A DNA stretch of 53,975 bases from an uncultured archaeon (GTDB lineage: Archaea > Aenigmatarchaeota > Aenigmatarchaeia > CG10238-14 > SCSR01). Made by a program: the position numbers and the translations under genes. The notes beneath the pieces are model-generated. The model was not told the DNA's origin, did not search any database, and saw only the letters and a program-made list of their open reading frames with translations. Below, one piece after another: positions 17,187-26,453 of the stretch (positions are counted from its first letter, which is position 1; each line of letters begins with the position of its first letter). The stretch spans positions 1-53,975 of the forward strand of contig CAZYHQ010000003.1 in NCBI GenBank assembly GCA_964646855.1, written 5' to 3'.

Positions 17187-18464
17187 ATGGTTAAATTTTC
17201 AGAAATGGGTTTGAAGCAAGAAATAGTGAGCGCGCTGGACGACCTGGGTCTGGCAGAGGCGTTTCCCATCCAGGAGACCGCTATGCCGCACATACTCAAC
17301 GGCGAGGACGTCATTGGCCAGGCGCACACAGGCTCGGGAAAGACGCTCGCTTTCTCGGTTCCCATAATACAGAAAATCGATTCGTCCGTCCGCGGGATTG
17401 CCGCGCTGATTCTTGTCCCGACAAGGGAGCTTGCAACGCAGGTCAGGGAAGAAATCAAGAAATTCTCAAAATACACAGGCACGAAATCGATTCCAATCTA
17501 CGGCGGCACGAGCCTGCGCATGCAGTACGACATGCTGAAGTGGGGGCAGCAGATTGTAGTCGCAACTCCCGGCAGGCTGCTCGACCTGCTGGAGAGAAAG
17601 GCGATATTCCTCAACCACGTGGAGTATGTCGTCCTCGATGAAGCAGACAGGATGCTCGACATGGGTTTCATCGACGACATCGAGCGGATTTTAAAAAATG
17701 TTCCGAAGCACAGGCAGACAATGCTCTTCTCCGCCACGATGCCGGAAAACATCATGCGCCTCTCGGAAAGGTACATGAAAAATCCTGTGAAGATTTTGCT
17801 CGACACGGACGACTTGAGCGTCGAGCTCATCGACCAGACTTACCTTGTTGTAGACGAACACAAGAAGCTCGACCACCTTTCGGAAATCCTGAAAACGATT
17901 AACGGCAAGGTGCTGATTTTCTGCGCCACGAAAAGCAGGACGAGAAGGCTTGCCAGCGATTTGTACAGGCACGGATTCCGGACAGTTGCGATACACGGAG
18001 ATCTTTCGCAAAATCAGAGGGAGGATGCAATCTGGAGATTCAGGGAAGGCAAGACAAACATACTTGTCGCCACAGACGTCGCTGCGCGCGGAATCGACAT
18101 TCCAGACGTGGAGCAGGTCATCAACTACGACGTGCCGATGGATCCGCTGATGTATTTCCACAGGATTGGCAGGACTGCGAGGGCAGGCAAGAGCGGAAAA
18201 GCGCTGACACTCGTCTCCCAACACCACTACGACGATTTCCAAAACATCCTCAAACACACGGAAGTTTTCATCAAGCAGCTGAACGAGGAGATGGGAATAA
18301 AAGTCGAGCACAACGGCGGATACGGAAGAGGAAGATCGGAACATTCCGGTGAAGGACGCTTCCAGCCAAGGCAAAAATTCGGCAGACGCCCTTTCAGAAA
18401 GAGATTCAAGACCGACATGCGGCACGGAAGCAAATACAATTCTTCCAGGCGAAGATTCAGATAA
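17187..18464 (+). CDS. DEAD-box ATP-dependent RNA helicase with Arg/Gly-rich C-terminal tail
   Basis: 425-aa ORF with a Q-motif region, AHTGSGKT, DEAD (VVLDEADRML), SAT and HRIGRTARAG. Confidence 0.95.
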   Translation: MVKFSEMGLKQEIVSALDDLGLAEAFPIQETAMPHILNGEDVIGQAHTGSGKTLAFSVPIIQKIDSSVRGIAALILVPTRELATQVREEIKKFSKYTGTKSIPIYGGTSLRMQYDMLKWGQQIVVATPGRLLDLLERKAIFLNHVEYVVLDEADRMLDMGFIDDIERILKNVPKHRQTMLFSATMPENIMRLSERYMKNPVKILLDTDDLSVELIDQTYLVVDEHKKLDHLSEILKTINGKVLIFCATKSRTRRLASDLYRHGFRTVAIHGDLSQNQREDAIWRFREGKTNILVATDVAARGIDIPDVEQVINYDVPMDPLMYFHRIGRTARAGKSGKALTLVSQHHYDDFQNILKHTEVFIKQLNEEMGIKVEHNGGYGRGRSEHSGEGRFQPRQKFGRRPFRKRFKTDMRHGSKYNSSRRRFR

Positions 18465-18501
18465 GAAAGTCACATGCGAAATGTATAATCAGGGATAACT
18501 T

Positions 18502-19818
18502 GTGGGCTGGCTCGAAAAAATTTTCGGCAAAGAAGAAGATGTTGCAAAGCCAGAACAATCAGAACAAAAAGTGTTCGATACCAACAATCTGAAAGAATTT
18601 TTAGACGCCCATTACCAGACTCAGATGAACCCGTTTTTTAAAACTGCAAAATCAAAGTACGACGAAATTCAGAATGCGGTTGACGACCTTCGCAAAAGTT
18701 TAGGAAATCTATCTGCGGCGGAATACACAGACACTGTTGATCCGCGTTTGCTGTCGGTCGTTGTCGGTCGGAGAAAAAATTTTATTCAAAAGATGAACGA
18801 TGTTGCCAAGCAGATGAAGACGCCGATTAAAAACGAGTTCGATTCCATTCTGAATTATAACAACTCCTCGGTCTTTTCCTTGAACTATGCGAACGCCACG
18901 ACAGTCGACGATTATACACGAGTTGCAGAACTGTTCAGAAAGGAGGCGTCTTCCGTAATCTCGAATTTCAGAAAAATAGAAACCCTGTTGACAGAATTCG
19001 GTTCTATGGTCAAGCAGAAAAACAACTTGGTAAATTCTGTCGCCTCTTCGAATGACAGACTTCTTGCGATAACCGGCGACATTTCAAAAATTTCAGAAAA
19101 GAAAAATCTTATCGAAGAGCTGCGTGCCAGCATAAAAAACTTGGATGAAGACCAATCAAGAATTTCTGGCGAAATCGCCGACCTGGAAAAAAGCAAGGAA
19201 TGGAAAACAAACAGTGAAATGCTGGAGCAGAGAGACGAGCTGCAGACAAAAAAATCCCAGATTTCCGTCGAAACTACGCAAATGATTTCGCCCTTGGTGA
19301 AACCGGTAAAAAAGTTCAAAAATCTGTTGGACAACAGCAAGGAAAACTTTCAAAACAAAAAATTTGTCGAGCTCTTTCTGGACGACTACTTAAATGCTGT
19401 CGTCTCCAACGACGCTGCGATTTTTAATTCTTTGCTGGAAAAGCTCGAAGAAAACATCCTGAATAAGAAAATTGATCTGAAGGAAAATGCAAACAAAATC
19501 TTGCAAACTACAGCAGCATTGCGGGAAAACGATACGCTGGCCAAGTTTAAAGCCGACTACGGAACTTTGTCTAGAAAAATCCAGGATTTGGAAAATGCTA
19601 TCGCGAATTCGCAAATCCAAGGCATTAGAAGAAAACTGGAAGCGGACTCGGAGTCGGCAAGGCGAAAGAGAGACGAGCTTAGCGTCAGGCTGCCCAAAGA
19701 GGAGGCCAACCTGAATTCGATTCGAGCTAAGCTGGAAAAAGACAAATCAGAACTGGAACTCCAGGTCGGCAATCTTACGAACACTAAAATTAATTTGGAT
19801 TTAAAACTACCAGTGTAA
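18502..19818 (+). CDS. Coiled-coil protein of unknown function (GTG start)
   Basis: 438-aa ORF with heptad-rich, Lys/Glu/Asn-rich composition. Starts at GTG 18502. Confidence 0.6.
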   Translation: MGWLEKIFGKEEDVAKPEQSEQKVFDTNNLKEFLDAHYQTQMNPFFKTAKSKYDEIQNAVDDLRKSLGNLSAAEYTDTVDPRLLSVVVGRRKNFIQKMNDVAKQMKTPIKNEFDSILNYNNSSVFSLNYANATTVDDYTRVAELFRKEASSVISNFRKIETLLTEFGSMVKQKNNLVNSVASSNDRLLAITGDISKISEKKNLIEELRASIKNLDEDQSRISGEIADLEKSKEWKTNSEMLEQRDELQTKKSQISVETTQMISPLVKPVKKFKNLLDNSKENFQNKKFVELFLDDYLNAVVSNDAAIFNSLLEKLEENILNKKIDLKENANKILQTTAALRENDTLAKFKADYGTLSRKIQDLENAIANSQIQGIRRKLEADSESARRKRDELSVRLPKEEANLNSIRAKLEKDKSELELQVGNLTNTKINLDLKLPV

Positions 19819-19900
19819 CCGAGCTGAAAAACTAATTTATAAATTTCTGAAAACTTTTTAGAAACAGCAGTTTAATTTCGGCCAAGAACAAAATTAAATT

Positions 19901-21307
19901 ATGGGAAAGGGCATATCGACATCTGTGATAGCGATTATTGTCGTTGCGTTAATTATAGGTCTTGCAGCCTTTTCATTGCAGTCATTTAAAATCGAGCAAG
20001 AGCACGAACCTGTAGCAGAGACTTCACAAACTCCAATTCAAACACCAGTTGAACAACAAAAAACTGGGCGAGATCCAAAACTCGAAGAACAGTCCAAAAG
20101 ATTGCACGAGTATGGCATTGACTGTACTCATGAAAATACGTATGGGACACGAAACAGTTTCGCAGTCGATCAGAAAGACTCTAATGTCATGTATGTTGGA
20201 ATTGAGGGAAGAGGTGTGTACAAGTCAATAGACAAAGGCATGACGTGGAAAAAAATCATCAATGGTCTAGTCGCATACCCTGACATGAACGATAAAAGCG
20301 AATTATGCTTCCCAGACATTTCTGAGATATACATAGATCCTGCAAACACGCAGCGGCTGTTGATGGTAACCTCGGACATCACAAGCGCTTATGTGGATTG
20401 GCCGTACGGAGAGACAGGAGGCATCTGGGAGAGCCTTGACGGCGGGGATTCATGGAAACAGTTGATCGAAGGCGAAATAAATGTTGCCGGCAGCGGCTCT
20501 TTGGCAGTCGATCCGAAAAATCCAAAAATAATGTATTATCCGGTCAACCCAGACTCGCCAACTTTTAAGGAGACGCCGATAAAAGAAAGCTTGAACAAAA
20601 AAAGCAGCGTGTACAAGACTGTGGATGGCGGGGAGACGTGGGAGGAGTTGGCTATGCCGATGCTTCCTTCACTGCAGGCAGTGGTGATTGCCATAGACCC
20701 TGAAAATTCCAATCACATAATATTTTTCACACAATCGCACGACCACATTTACGGGGAAAATTTTATCACGGAAGTATTTCTGCACAAGCAACACGCGATC
20801 CTAGAATCCTTTGATGCCGGCAAGTCTTGGGGCACATTGGGCGACACCTTGCCCGATCCTTACAGGGCATTGTTTGACGGCGACGTTTCGCAGAATAATT
20901 TCAATCACATGATTGTAAGACCGTTCTTGTTCGGCTCAGAATTTAAGCCGGAAACAACCGAACAGAAAAGTTTCTACTCGACTGACGGAGGTAAGACCTT
21001 CGAACAAACTTCAGTGTTCGTTTGGGTAGGACACTATAATCCGCATGACAAGGAAGGAAACCACCTGTTAGGTTATGCCTCAACGATGGCGAAAGTTGTG
21101 GAGAGTAAGGACGCAGGTAAAACATGGCAAGAAATCGGCACCCCTGCGGAGGTCGCCAGCTACAAAGTCAAGGTAGACAATTTCGTTTGGGATCCGAAGG
21201 ACCCCAGCACAGTGTACATGAGCGGAGATTTTGGAAATATCTGGCAGTCTACAGACGGCGGGAAAAACTGGAAAAATATTCTGAATCTAAACGAACTGCC
21301 AAAATGA
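19901..21307 (+). CDS. Surface or secreted BNR/Asp-box repeat beta-propeller protein
   Basis: 468-aa ORF with an N-terminal MGKG + hydrophobic anchor. Seven Asp-box-like repeats (SIDKGMTW, SLDGGDSW, TVDGGETW, SFDAGKSW, STDGGKTF, SKDAGKTW, STDGGKNW). Confidence 0.8.
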   Translation: MGKGISTSVIAIIVVALIIGLAAFSLQSFKIEQEHEPVAETSQTPIQTPVEQQKTGRDPKLEEQSKRLHEYGIDCTHENTYGTRNSFAVDQKDSNVMYVGIEGRGVYKSIDKGMTWKKIINGLVAYPDMNDKSELCFPDISEIYIDPANTQRLLMVTSDITSAYVDWPYGETGGIWESLDGGDSWKQLIEGEINVAGSGSLAVDPKNPKIMYYPVNPDSPTFKETPIKESLNKKSSVYKTVDGGETWEELAMPMLPSLQAVVIAIDPENSNHIIFFTQSHDHIYGENFITEVFLHKQHAILESFDAGKSWGTLGDTLPDPYRALFDGDVSQNNFNHMIVRPFLFGSEFKPETTEQKSFYSTDGGKTFEQTSVFVWVGHYNPHDKEGNHLLGYASTMAKVVESKDAGKTWQEIGTPAEVASYKVKVDNFVWDPKDPSTVYMSGDFGNIWQSTDGGKNWKNILNLNELPK

Positions 21308-21334
21308 TTTTTCTCCACAAAACAGATTAATTCT

Positions 21335-22552
21335 ATGGCAAAAGGCGTGGCCACTATTGTGATTATTGTGGCTGTTATTGCAATTATAGTACTTTTTGTT
21401 TTTGTAGGCGCACAATTTCCAGAAATTAAAAATCAAATTTCTCAAATCGGGCCGTCTGAACAGCCAACTTATTCACAAGAAAGAAAAACATTTGGTACAT
21501 CAGGGTGCATCGGAACTGGAATGGTAAGCTTCACTTCGCCTCCAAGAAGATTGGAAGACATAGAAATGATACAGCCCATCGGTTTAATCAATGCAAACAG
21601 CGGACATATCACGCCAACCGACCACGGATACTATTATCCTCCTAACTGGAACCCGCAAAACAATCCTGCGGAATTCAGGGACGTCCTTTCCCCCGCTGAC
21701 GGTACAATCACCACAGTTCAGCTTGTCGCAGGAAGACAGGGAGACTACAGATTAATTATCCATCACACATGCACATTCTACACGATTTACATACACGTCT
21801 ACGAACTTTCAACCAAAATTGCACAGGCTGTAGGAGAGATGAATGTAATGACAAAGAATACAAACATTCCTGTCTCTGCTGGTGAAGTTATCGGAAGATC
21901 AAATTCATTCGATTTCAGCGTGCATGATGACAATGTGATTTTGAAAGGATTCATCGTGCCAGAACATTACTACCCTGAAACATGGAAAATCCACACGGTT
22001 GACATGTTCGCGTATTTCGCCGAGCCAATAAAAAGCCAGTTGCTTGCGAAAAATATCAAAGAGTCAGAGCCTAGGGCGGGTAAAATCGATTACGATATCG
22101 ACGGAAGACTTGTTGGCAACTGGTTCGTCGAAAACACCAACGGATACGAAGGGACGGAAAGCAACCGAAACAAAGGCAGATACTGGGCAACACATTTATC
22201 ATTTGCATATGATGGAATTGATCCGACACTGATAATGATTTCTATCGGCGATTACAATGGAAAGTCTGAGCAATTCGCAGTCAAGGGAAACTCGCCGAAT
22301 CCTGCTAACGTAAGCGCAGCGGACGGAATTGTAAAATATGAACTGACTGATTACGATTACAAAGATGGAACAGGACAATTTTGGAGTAGAATAAATTATT
22401 CCAAAGGTGTGAAAGCTGTTGGAAAAAATGAAGTTAGTGGCGTTGTGTTAGTTCAGATGACCGACGATAGAAAAATTAAATTTGAAGTTTTTCCAAGCAA
22501 GACAGCATCGGATGTAACGGGATTCTCAAATTCAATAATTTATGAAAGGTGA
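21335..22552 (+). CDS. Surface or secreted protein, paralog of 11963..13198 (putative LytM/M23-like)
   Basis: 405-aa ORF with an N-terminal MAKG + hydrophobic anchor. Shares conserved blocks with 11963..13198 (see that feature). Confidence 0.65.
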   Translation: MAKGVATIVIIVAVIAIIVLFVFVGAQFPEIKNQISQIGPSEQPTYSQERKTFGTSGCIGTGMVSFTSPPRRLEDIEMIQPIGLINANSGHITPTDHGYYYPPNWNPQNNPAEFRDVLSPADGTITTVQLVAGRQGDYRLIIHHTCTFYTIYIHVYELSTKIAQAVGEMNVMTKNTNIPVSAGEVIGRSNSFDFSVHDDNVILKGFIVPEHYYPETWKIHTVDMFAYFAEPIKSQLLAKNIKESEPRAGKIDYDIDGRLVGNWFVENTNGYEGTESNRNKGRYWATHLSFAYDGIDPTLIMISIGDYNGKSEQFAVKGNSPNPANVSAADGIVKYELTDYDYKDGTGQFWSRINYSKGVKAVGKNEVSGVVLVQMTDDRKIKFEVFPSKTASDVTGFSNSIIYER

Positions 22553-22561
22553 ATTAAAATT

Positions 22562-23653
22562 ATGAACTGGAGAGGCGACAAAACTTTACCGTGGACTTTT
22601 ATTCCTTTTTTGATGCTTCTCGCTTTACTCATAGGCGAAGTTATGCCGGTAGTAATCGGAATCTTTGGCGGAGTTTTTGCTACGTATGGAGCAAAAGAGC
22701 CAATAATTAAATCTCTGCCCGACTTCGGTCTTGTGCTTATCATTTATTCTGTCTATGGCTTTCTTTTTTGGCTTTTGTACCGTTACATTAACTGGCGAGT
22801 TGTTGCTGTATTCGCCTTTGTTTTGGCTTTCGTGTTGGAGGGATACGTGTATTGGCAGGTGCCGGGAAGTGTGAATCTCACGAACACTGTTTCTTTCGAA
22901 ACCATTGTTTCTTTTTTGATTGTTTATTTTCTGGTTTTAATTGTACCATATCTCATTTTCCAAGCGATTCGGCACAAATTGAAAAAGCGTGGGATTTTAC
23001 TCTCTATCGTTATTGTCCTTGCCCTGAATATTTTAGGCCTTGGTTTTACGGCCTATGTGATGCTTGAGAGAGGCCTATTCCCCTGGCAACCGGTTGTGCA
23101 ACAAAACCAATCCGAAATTAATGTGAAAGAATATCCCGATCTAAAAATGGTTACACCTTACGTCAATGAAAGTGATATAAGCTCTATTAATGAAGCGTTT
23201 AGCAGTTCCGACAATGCTCCATGGGGGTTCAAACACATGGGTATTGATTTTATGACATCATCGGATTTAGTGTACTTTCAAGCCGTAGCCGACGGCACAA
23301 TTACAAACTTAAAAACTTCCAAAGAAAACGAACAACAAGGCTGGCATACCGAATTATGCATCGATCACCGTCCATATCTTGTTTGCTACAATTTCGAAAC
23401 TTTGTCTTCAGACCAAGCTGATGGCGACAGACAGAAAGAAAGTATCTGGGTCAGTAATGGAAAGCACGTTAAACAAGGCGACATTATCGGACAACTGGTC
23501 TATGGTGGCAACGGTGCCCATGTTGATCTAGGTGTTATCCAGCCGAGCAAAGGCCGTTATTGTCCTGAACAGTATTTTACCGACGATGCAAAAGCTTCTA
23601 TTCTGCGCCTAATCCACAAAGATCATCCGACTTGGAGCATGTGTTATGAATAA
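22562..23653 (+). CDS. Polytopic membrane protein with C-terminal M23-like peptidase domain
   Basis: 363-aa ORF with about 5 TM segments. Then GFKHMGIDF (HxxxD), AVADGTIT, GDIIGQLVYGGNGAHVDLGV (M23-like, with HxH degenerated to H-V-D). Confidence 0.65.
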   Translation: MNWRGDKTLPWTFIPFLMLLALLIGEVMPVVIGIFGGVFATYGAKEPIIKSLPDFGLVLIIYSVYGFLFWLLYRYINWRVVAVFAFVLAFVLEGYVYWQVPGSVNLTNTVSFETIVSFLIVYFLVLIVPYLIFQAIRHKLKKRGILLSIVIVLALNILGLGFTAYVMLERGLFPWQPVVQQNQSEINVKEYPDLKMVTPYVNESDISSINEAFSSSDNAPWGFKHMGIDFMTSSDLVYFQAVADGTITNLKTSKENEQQGWHTELCIDHRPYLVCYNFETLSSDQADGDRQKESIWVSNGKHVKQGDIIGQLVYGGNGAHVDLGVIQPSKGRYCPEQYFTDDAKASILRLIHKDHPTWSMCYE

Positions 23654-23675
23654 AGAACCAAGGAGCGAATAACTT

Positions 23676-23909
23676 ATGAAAGTATGGAAAATTCTTGTTT
23701 TGATACCGTACATTCTTGTTGCAATATGGATCGGCTTTTGGTTTGCGGATCTGCTGAGAGGCGGGAGTTTCGGCATAGTTGGAATCATTCTTTACCCGTT
23801 GTTCATTTTGTACGGGATCTTCGCAGCGGTAATCTATTCTGTAATTTTGGGAATTGCACTGCTCATTCGATGGCTTGTAAAAAGGCTTAAACCATTGCAC
23901 GAAAAATGA
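23676..23909 (+). CDS. Small membrane protein (2-3 TM)
   Basis: 77-aa hydrophobic ORF. Its stop codon lies inside copy 1 of the 19-bp repeat. Confidence 0.5.
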   Translation: MKVWKILVLIPYILVAIWIGFWFADLLRGGSFGIVGIILYPLFILYGIFAAVIYSVILGIALLIRWLVKRLKPLHEK

Positions 23910-23925
23910 GACTTTATAAGTTTCT
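23907..23925. repeat. 19-bp direct repeat TGAGAnTTTATAAGTTTCT, copy 1 (n=C)
   Basis: Read directly. 18/19 identical to the copies at 24435 and 24819. Contains a TATA-like core (TTTATAA / TTATAAA). Confidence 0.9.
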
Positions 23926-23937
23926 TCGTCAGCTTCA

Positions 23938-24417
23938 TCAAAAGTTAAACCACCATATGTAAAAGTTCAGCACTGCCGCAATGCTCACCCATAAAATGTA
24001 CGGAACCAGCAACCAAGCGGCCTTTCTAGAAATTTTGTAGAAGGAAATTATCGTGGCGGCTATCGCAACCCACAACGCAATTATGTTGATCAATCCGTAA
24101 AAAATCTCTCGCATTCCAAAAAATACAATCGACCATGTAGCGTTCAGAAATAATTGCGCAACAAAAACGTACAGGGCGTTTTTGTCTTCCCTTTTCTTGA
24201 AACCTTTCTGCCAGACAAGGTACAGGGAAATTCCCATCAGAGTGTAAAGAGTGATCCACACGGGGCCGAACAGCCAGTTGGGTGGGGCGAAACCCGGTTT
24301 TACTAATGTTGCATACCATTCTGGAATTGCAGATATTGTAAATATAGAACCGACTACACCAGCGAGTTGGCATATTAGAATCGCAATAATTAGTTTTGTA
24401 ACTTGCACTTTCGGCAC
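23938..24417 (-). CDS. tspO: TspO/MBR family tryptophan-rich sensory protein
   Basis: 159-aa ORF with 5 TM segments. FAPPNWLFGPVWITLYTLMGISLYLVW and a Trp-rich C-terminal half. GTG start at 24417. Confidence 0.85.
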   Translation of the reverse strand: MPKVQVTKLIIAILICQLAGVVGSIFTISAIPEWYATLVKPGFAPPNWLFGPVWITLYTLMGISLYLVWQKGFKKREDKNALYVFVAQLFLNATWSIVFFGMREIFYGLINIIALWVAIAATIISFYKISRKAAWLLVPYILWVSIAAVLNFYIWWFNF

Positions 24418-24434
24418 AATCCTGTTTGGAGAAG

Positions 24435-24453
24435 TGAGATTTTATAAGTTTCT
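24435..24453. repeat. 19-bp direct repeat TGAGAnTTTATAAGTTTCT, copy 2 (n=T); possible BRE/TATA promoter of tspO on the minus strand
   Basis: Read directly. On the minus strand AGAAACTTATAAAATCTCA centres about 27 nt upstream of the tspO GTG. Confidence 0.9.
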
Positions 24454-24818
24454 ATCTTCTAGTTTCCCGCGGGGCAACAAAGAAGTCTGCATCTGTCGCA
24501 GCTTGGAGGCAGTTGCAATTCGGTATGTTGTGGACAGAAATTCCTTTGTAGTAACCGCAGTTGCTGTCCTTTGTCCACTGCCCGCAGTAACCGCAATTGA
24601 CATGAGCTCCCGACATTTGGCTAACTCCTCACATGGCTGATGCAAGTTCTTACATGCCGATGATAAAGCCTTACTGGCTTCCACATATGACACTTTGGAC
24701 AACTATGTTTCATTCCAATCACTTCAATCCAGCAGAAAAAACCATTCTCAAATATTTCCAAGAAACACAAGAAAGTAATTTTATCTGTGTAACTTGTTGG
24801 GATTGCGAGGTTAAGTAG

Positions 24819-24837
24819 TGAGAGTTTATAAGTTTCT
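24819..24837. repeat. 19-bp direct repeat TGAGAnTTTATAAGTTTCT, copy 3 (n=G)
   Basis: Read directly. Overlaps the stop codon of minus-strand ORF 24826..25278. Confidence 0.9.
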
Positions 24838-25278
24838 AAGAACGGTCGAATCGTTAATTACATCAGATTTTATTAAGCTACTTACATCAGCATGTACACT
24901 GTTTTCTAAATTCATATTGGTTATTTCCTCTGCTCGTCTATAACCATCTTTGATTGTTTCTGGATCTGTCACACCATAAGTTCTCGCTCTGAAGTCAACA
25001 AATCTGTCAACCAAATTCAAAACAAGCATCCACACAATGTAATGTCTGTCTTCGCTTGGAAGATGAGCATAAAAAGTCTGAAACGTTTTGTAATTTGATA
25101 CATAGGACTCGGCGCATTCCACACCAGCTTCCCATTCAACCACACCGGGAAAATATTTGTCATCAAGCGAAGGATTCAATTTTTCTAGTTTGGGTGTTTT
25201 TGATTCCAGTATCTGTTCTAAAACCAATCCCATCTTCTTTAAAGGCTCGCTAAGTCTGCGATATCTTTCGGATAACAT
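24826..25278 (-). CDS. Hypothetical protein
   Basis: 150-aa ORF, downstream partner of 25285..25491 (6-nt gap). No motif recognised. Confidence 0.5.
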   Translation of the reverse strand: MLSERYRRLSEPLKKMGLVLEQILESKTPKLEKLNPSLDDKYFPGVVEWEAGVECAESYVSNYKTFQTFYAHLPSEDRHYIVWMLVLNLVDRFVDFRARTYGVTDPETIKDGYRRAEEITNMNLENSVHADVSSLIKSDVINDSTVLRNL

Positions 25279-25284
25279 AATTTG

Positions 25285-25491
25285 TTATCTGGGAGATTGC
25301 GAATATAGTTGACTGAAAAATTCTTTGGCAAGCTTGTATTTTGAACCAGCTTCTGCTTTTAGTTCGTAACCATCTTTATCCAAACGTTTTTGCTCAGACG
25401 ATATTAAATACCAGACTAAAGGTTCCAAACGAAATTCTCTTACATAAAATTTTCTCGCCGCGTCTCTTAATTTTCTGAGTGATTCAATCAT
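25285..25491 (-). CDS. Hypothetical small protein
   Basis: 68-aa ORF immediately upstream of 24826..25278 on the same strand. Confidence 0.45.
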   Translation of the reverse strand: MIESLRKLRDAARKFYVREFRLEPLVWYLISSEQKRLDKDGYELKAEAGSKYKLAKEFFSQLYSQSPR

Positions 25492-25616
25492 AATTACAGC
25501 TTGTGTCAGAACTTTAAATCCTTTGTTATCGATTTATTTCCTGCCAGTATTCGCACTGCGCAAAAACCTACTTAAACTTTAACATACTTAAATAGATGAA
25601 AATCTAAATAAATCTT

Positions 25617-25871
25617 ATGTCGAGTAAAGTAATGACAATTTCTCTAAAGGAAGAAGTCGAAAGAGAATTGAGAAAATTAGCATTGCAAAAATATGGCAGA
25701 ACCAAAGGGGCATTGGCTAAAGTCATAACAGAAGGTGTGAGGGAATTGGAGAAGAAGGAAAAAATTGATTCCGGGTCTATGAAAATACTCGAGATTATCA
25801 AAAAAATTGAGGGTAAAGGTTACGGCGGATTAATAAAATACAAATCAAGAGACGAATTGCATGAAAGATGA
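25617..25871 (+). CDS. vapB: VapB-like antitoxin (ribbon-helix-helix type)
   Basis: 84-aa ORF. MTISLKEEVERELRKLALQKYGRTKGALAKVI resembles an RHH. Overlaps the downstream PIN gene by 11 nt. Confidence 0.6.
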   Translation: MSSKVMTISLKEEVERELRKLALQKYGRTKGALAKVITEGVRELEKKEKIDSGSMKILEIIKKIEGKGYGGLIKYKSRDELHER

Positions 25872-26292
25872 AATGTTTTTCGATACTAACATACTTGCAT
25901 ACGCATTTGACGAAACTGAACGTACAAAAGCACAGATTTGTGCTAAGTTAATTAAAGACGTCACGAAAAGTGATATTTTAGGTTGCCTCTCTAATCAAGT
26001 GCTTGCGGAATTTTATACTTCTCTTACTGAAAGACTTCGCAAACCGCTGCCAAAAAATCTCGCATTATCTCTTACAGAAAGTTTTATCGCTTCGTCTGAT
26101 TGGAAGAAAATAAATTATGATGAGAATACAGTTCGAAGAGCTTTAGACATAGTGGAAAAATTCAACTGCTCAATATGGGATGCGATTATCGTTGAAACAA
26201 TGAAGGAAAACGGAATTAAGAAAATTTTTACTGAGGACAAATTCTTCGATAAAGTGCCGGGTATAGTTGCAATTAATCCTTTCAGAAAGTGA
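25861..26292 (+). CDS. vapC: VapC toxin (PIN-domain ribonuclease)
   Basis: 143-aa ORF with an N-terminal FFDTNIL acidic motif and further acidic residues spaced as in PIN (E..., WDAIIVE, TED). Confidence 0.8.
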   Translation: MKDEMFFDTNILAYAFDETERTKAQICAKLIKDVTKSDILGCLSNQVLAEFYTSLTERLRKPLPKNLALSLTESFIASSDWKKINYDENTVRRALDIVEKFNCSIWDAIIVETMKENGIKKIFTEDKFFDKVPGIVAINPFRK

Positions 26293-26363
26293 GAGTCTAC
26301 AGCAGTAATTTAATCTTTAAATTCTTTCTGTGCGCGGCGAATATGCAGAATTAAGTTGGACGT

Positions 26364-26383
26364 TACCACTACCTTGAGTGGTG
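26364..26383. promoter_or_regulatory. Palindromic site TACCAC-N8-GTGGTG (site A)
   Basis: Read directly: TACCAC TACCTTGA GTGGTG. Followed by hairpin GGTTG-GTG-CAACC at 26393-26405. Lies in the intergenic region upstream of PIN gene 26454. Confidence 0.6.
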
Positions 26384-26453
26384 ATTTTGAGAGGTTGGTG
26401 CAACCTTGCGGAGTGCTAAATCAAAATATACAAATTGAATTTTTAAATAATCT

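Noticed and set aside
17691-18473. 260-aa minus-strand ORF
   Set aside because: It is antisense to the DEAD-box helicase gene, which carries all helicase motifs.
24442-24818. Track ORFs 24442..24702 (-), 24251..24640 (+) and 24633..24818 (+) as annotated CDSs
   Set aside because: They are mutually overlapping with no motif support. One overlaps tspO in antisense. Their C-termini are dictated by the 19-bp repeat. They are reported as an ambiguous segment rather than as features.
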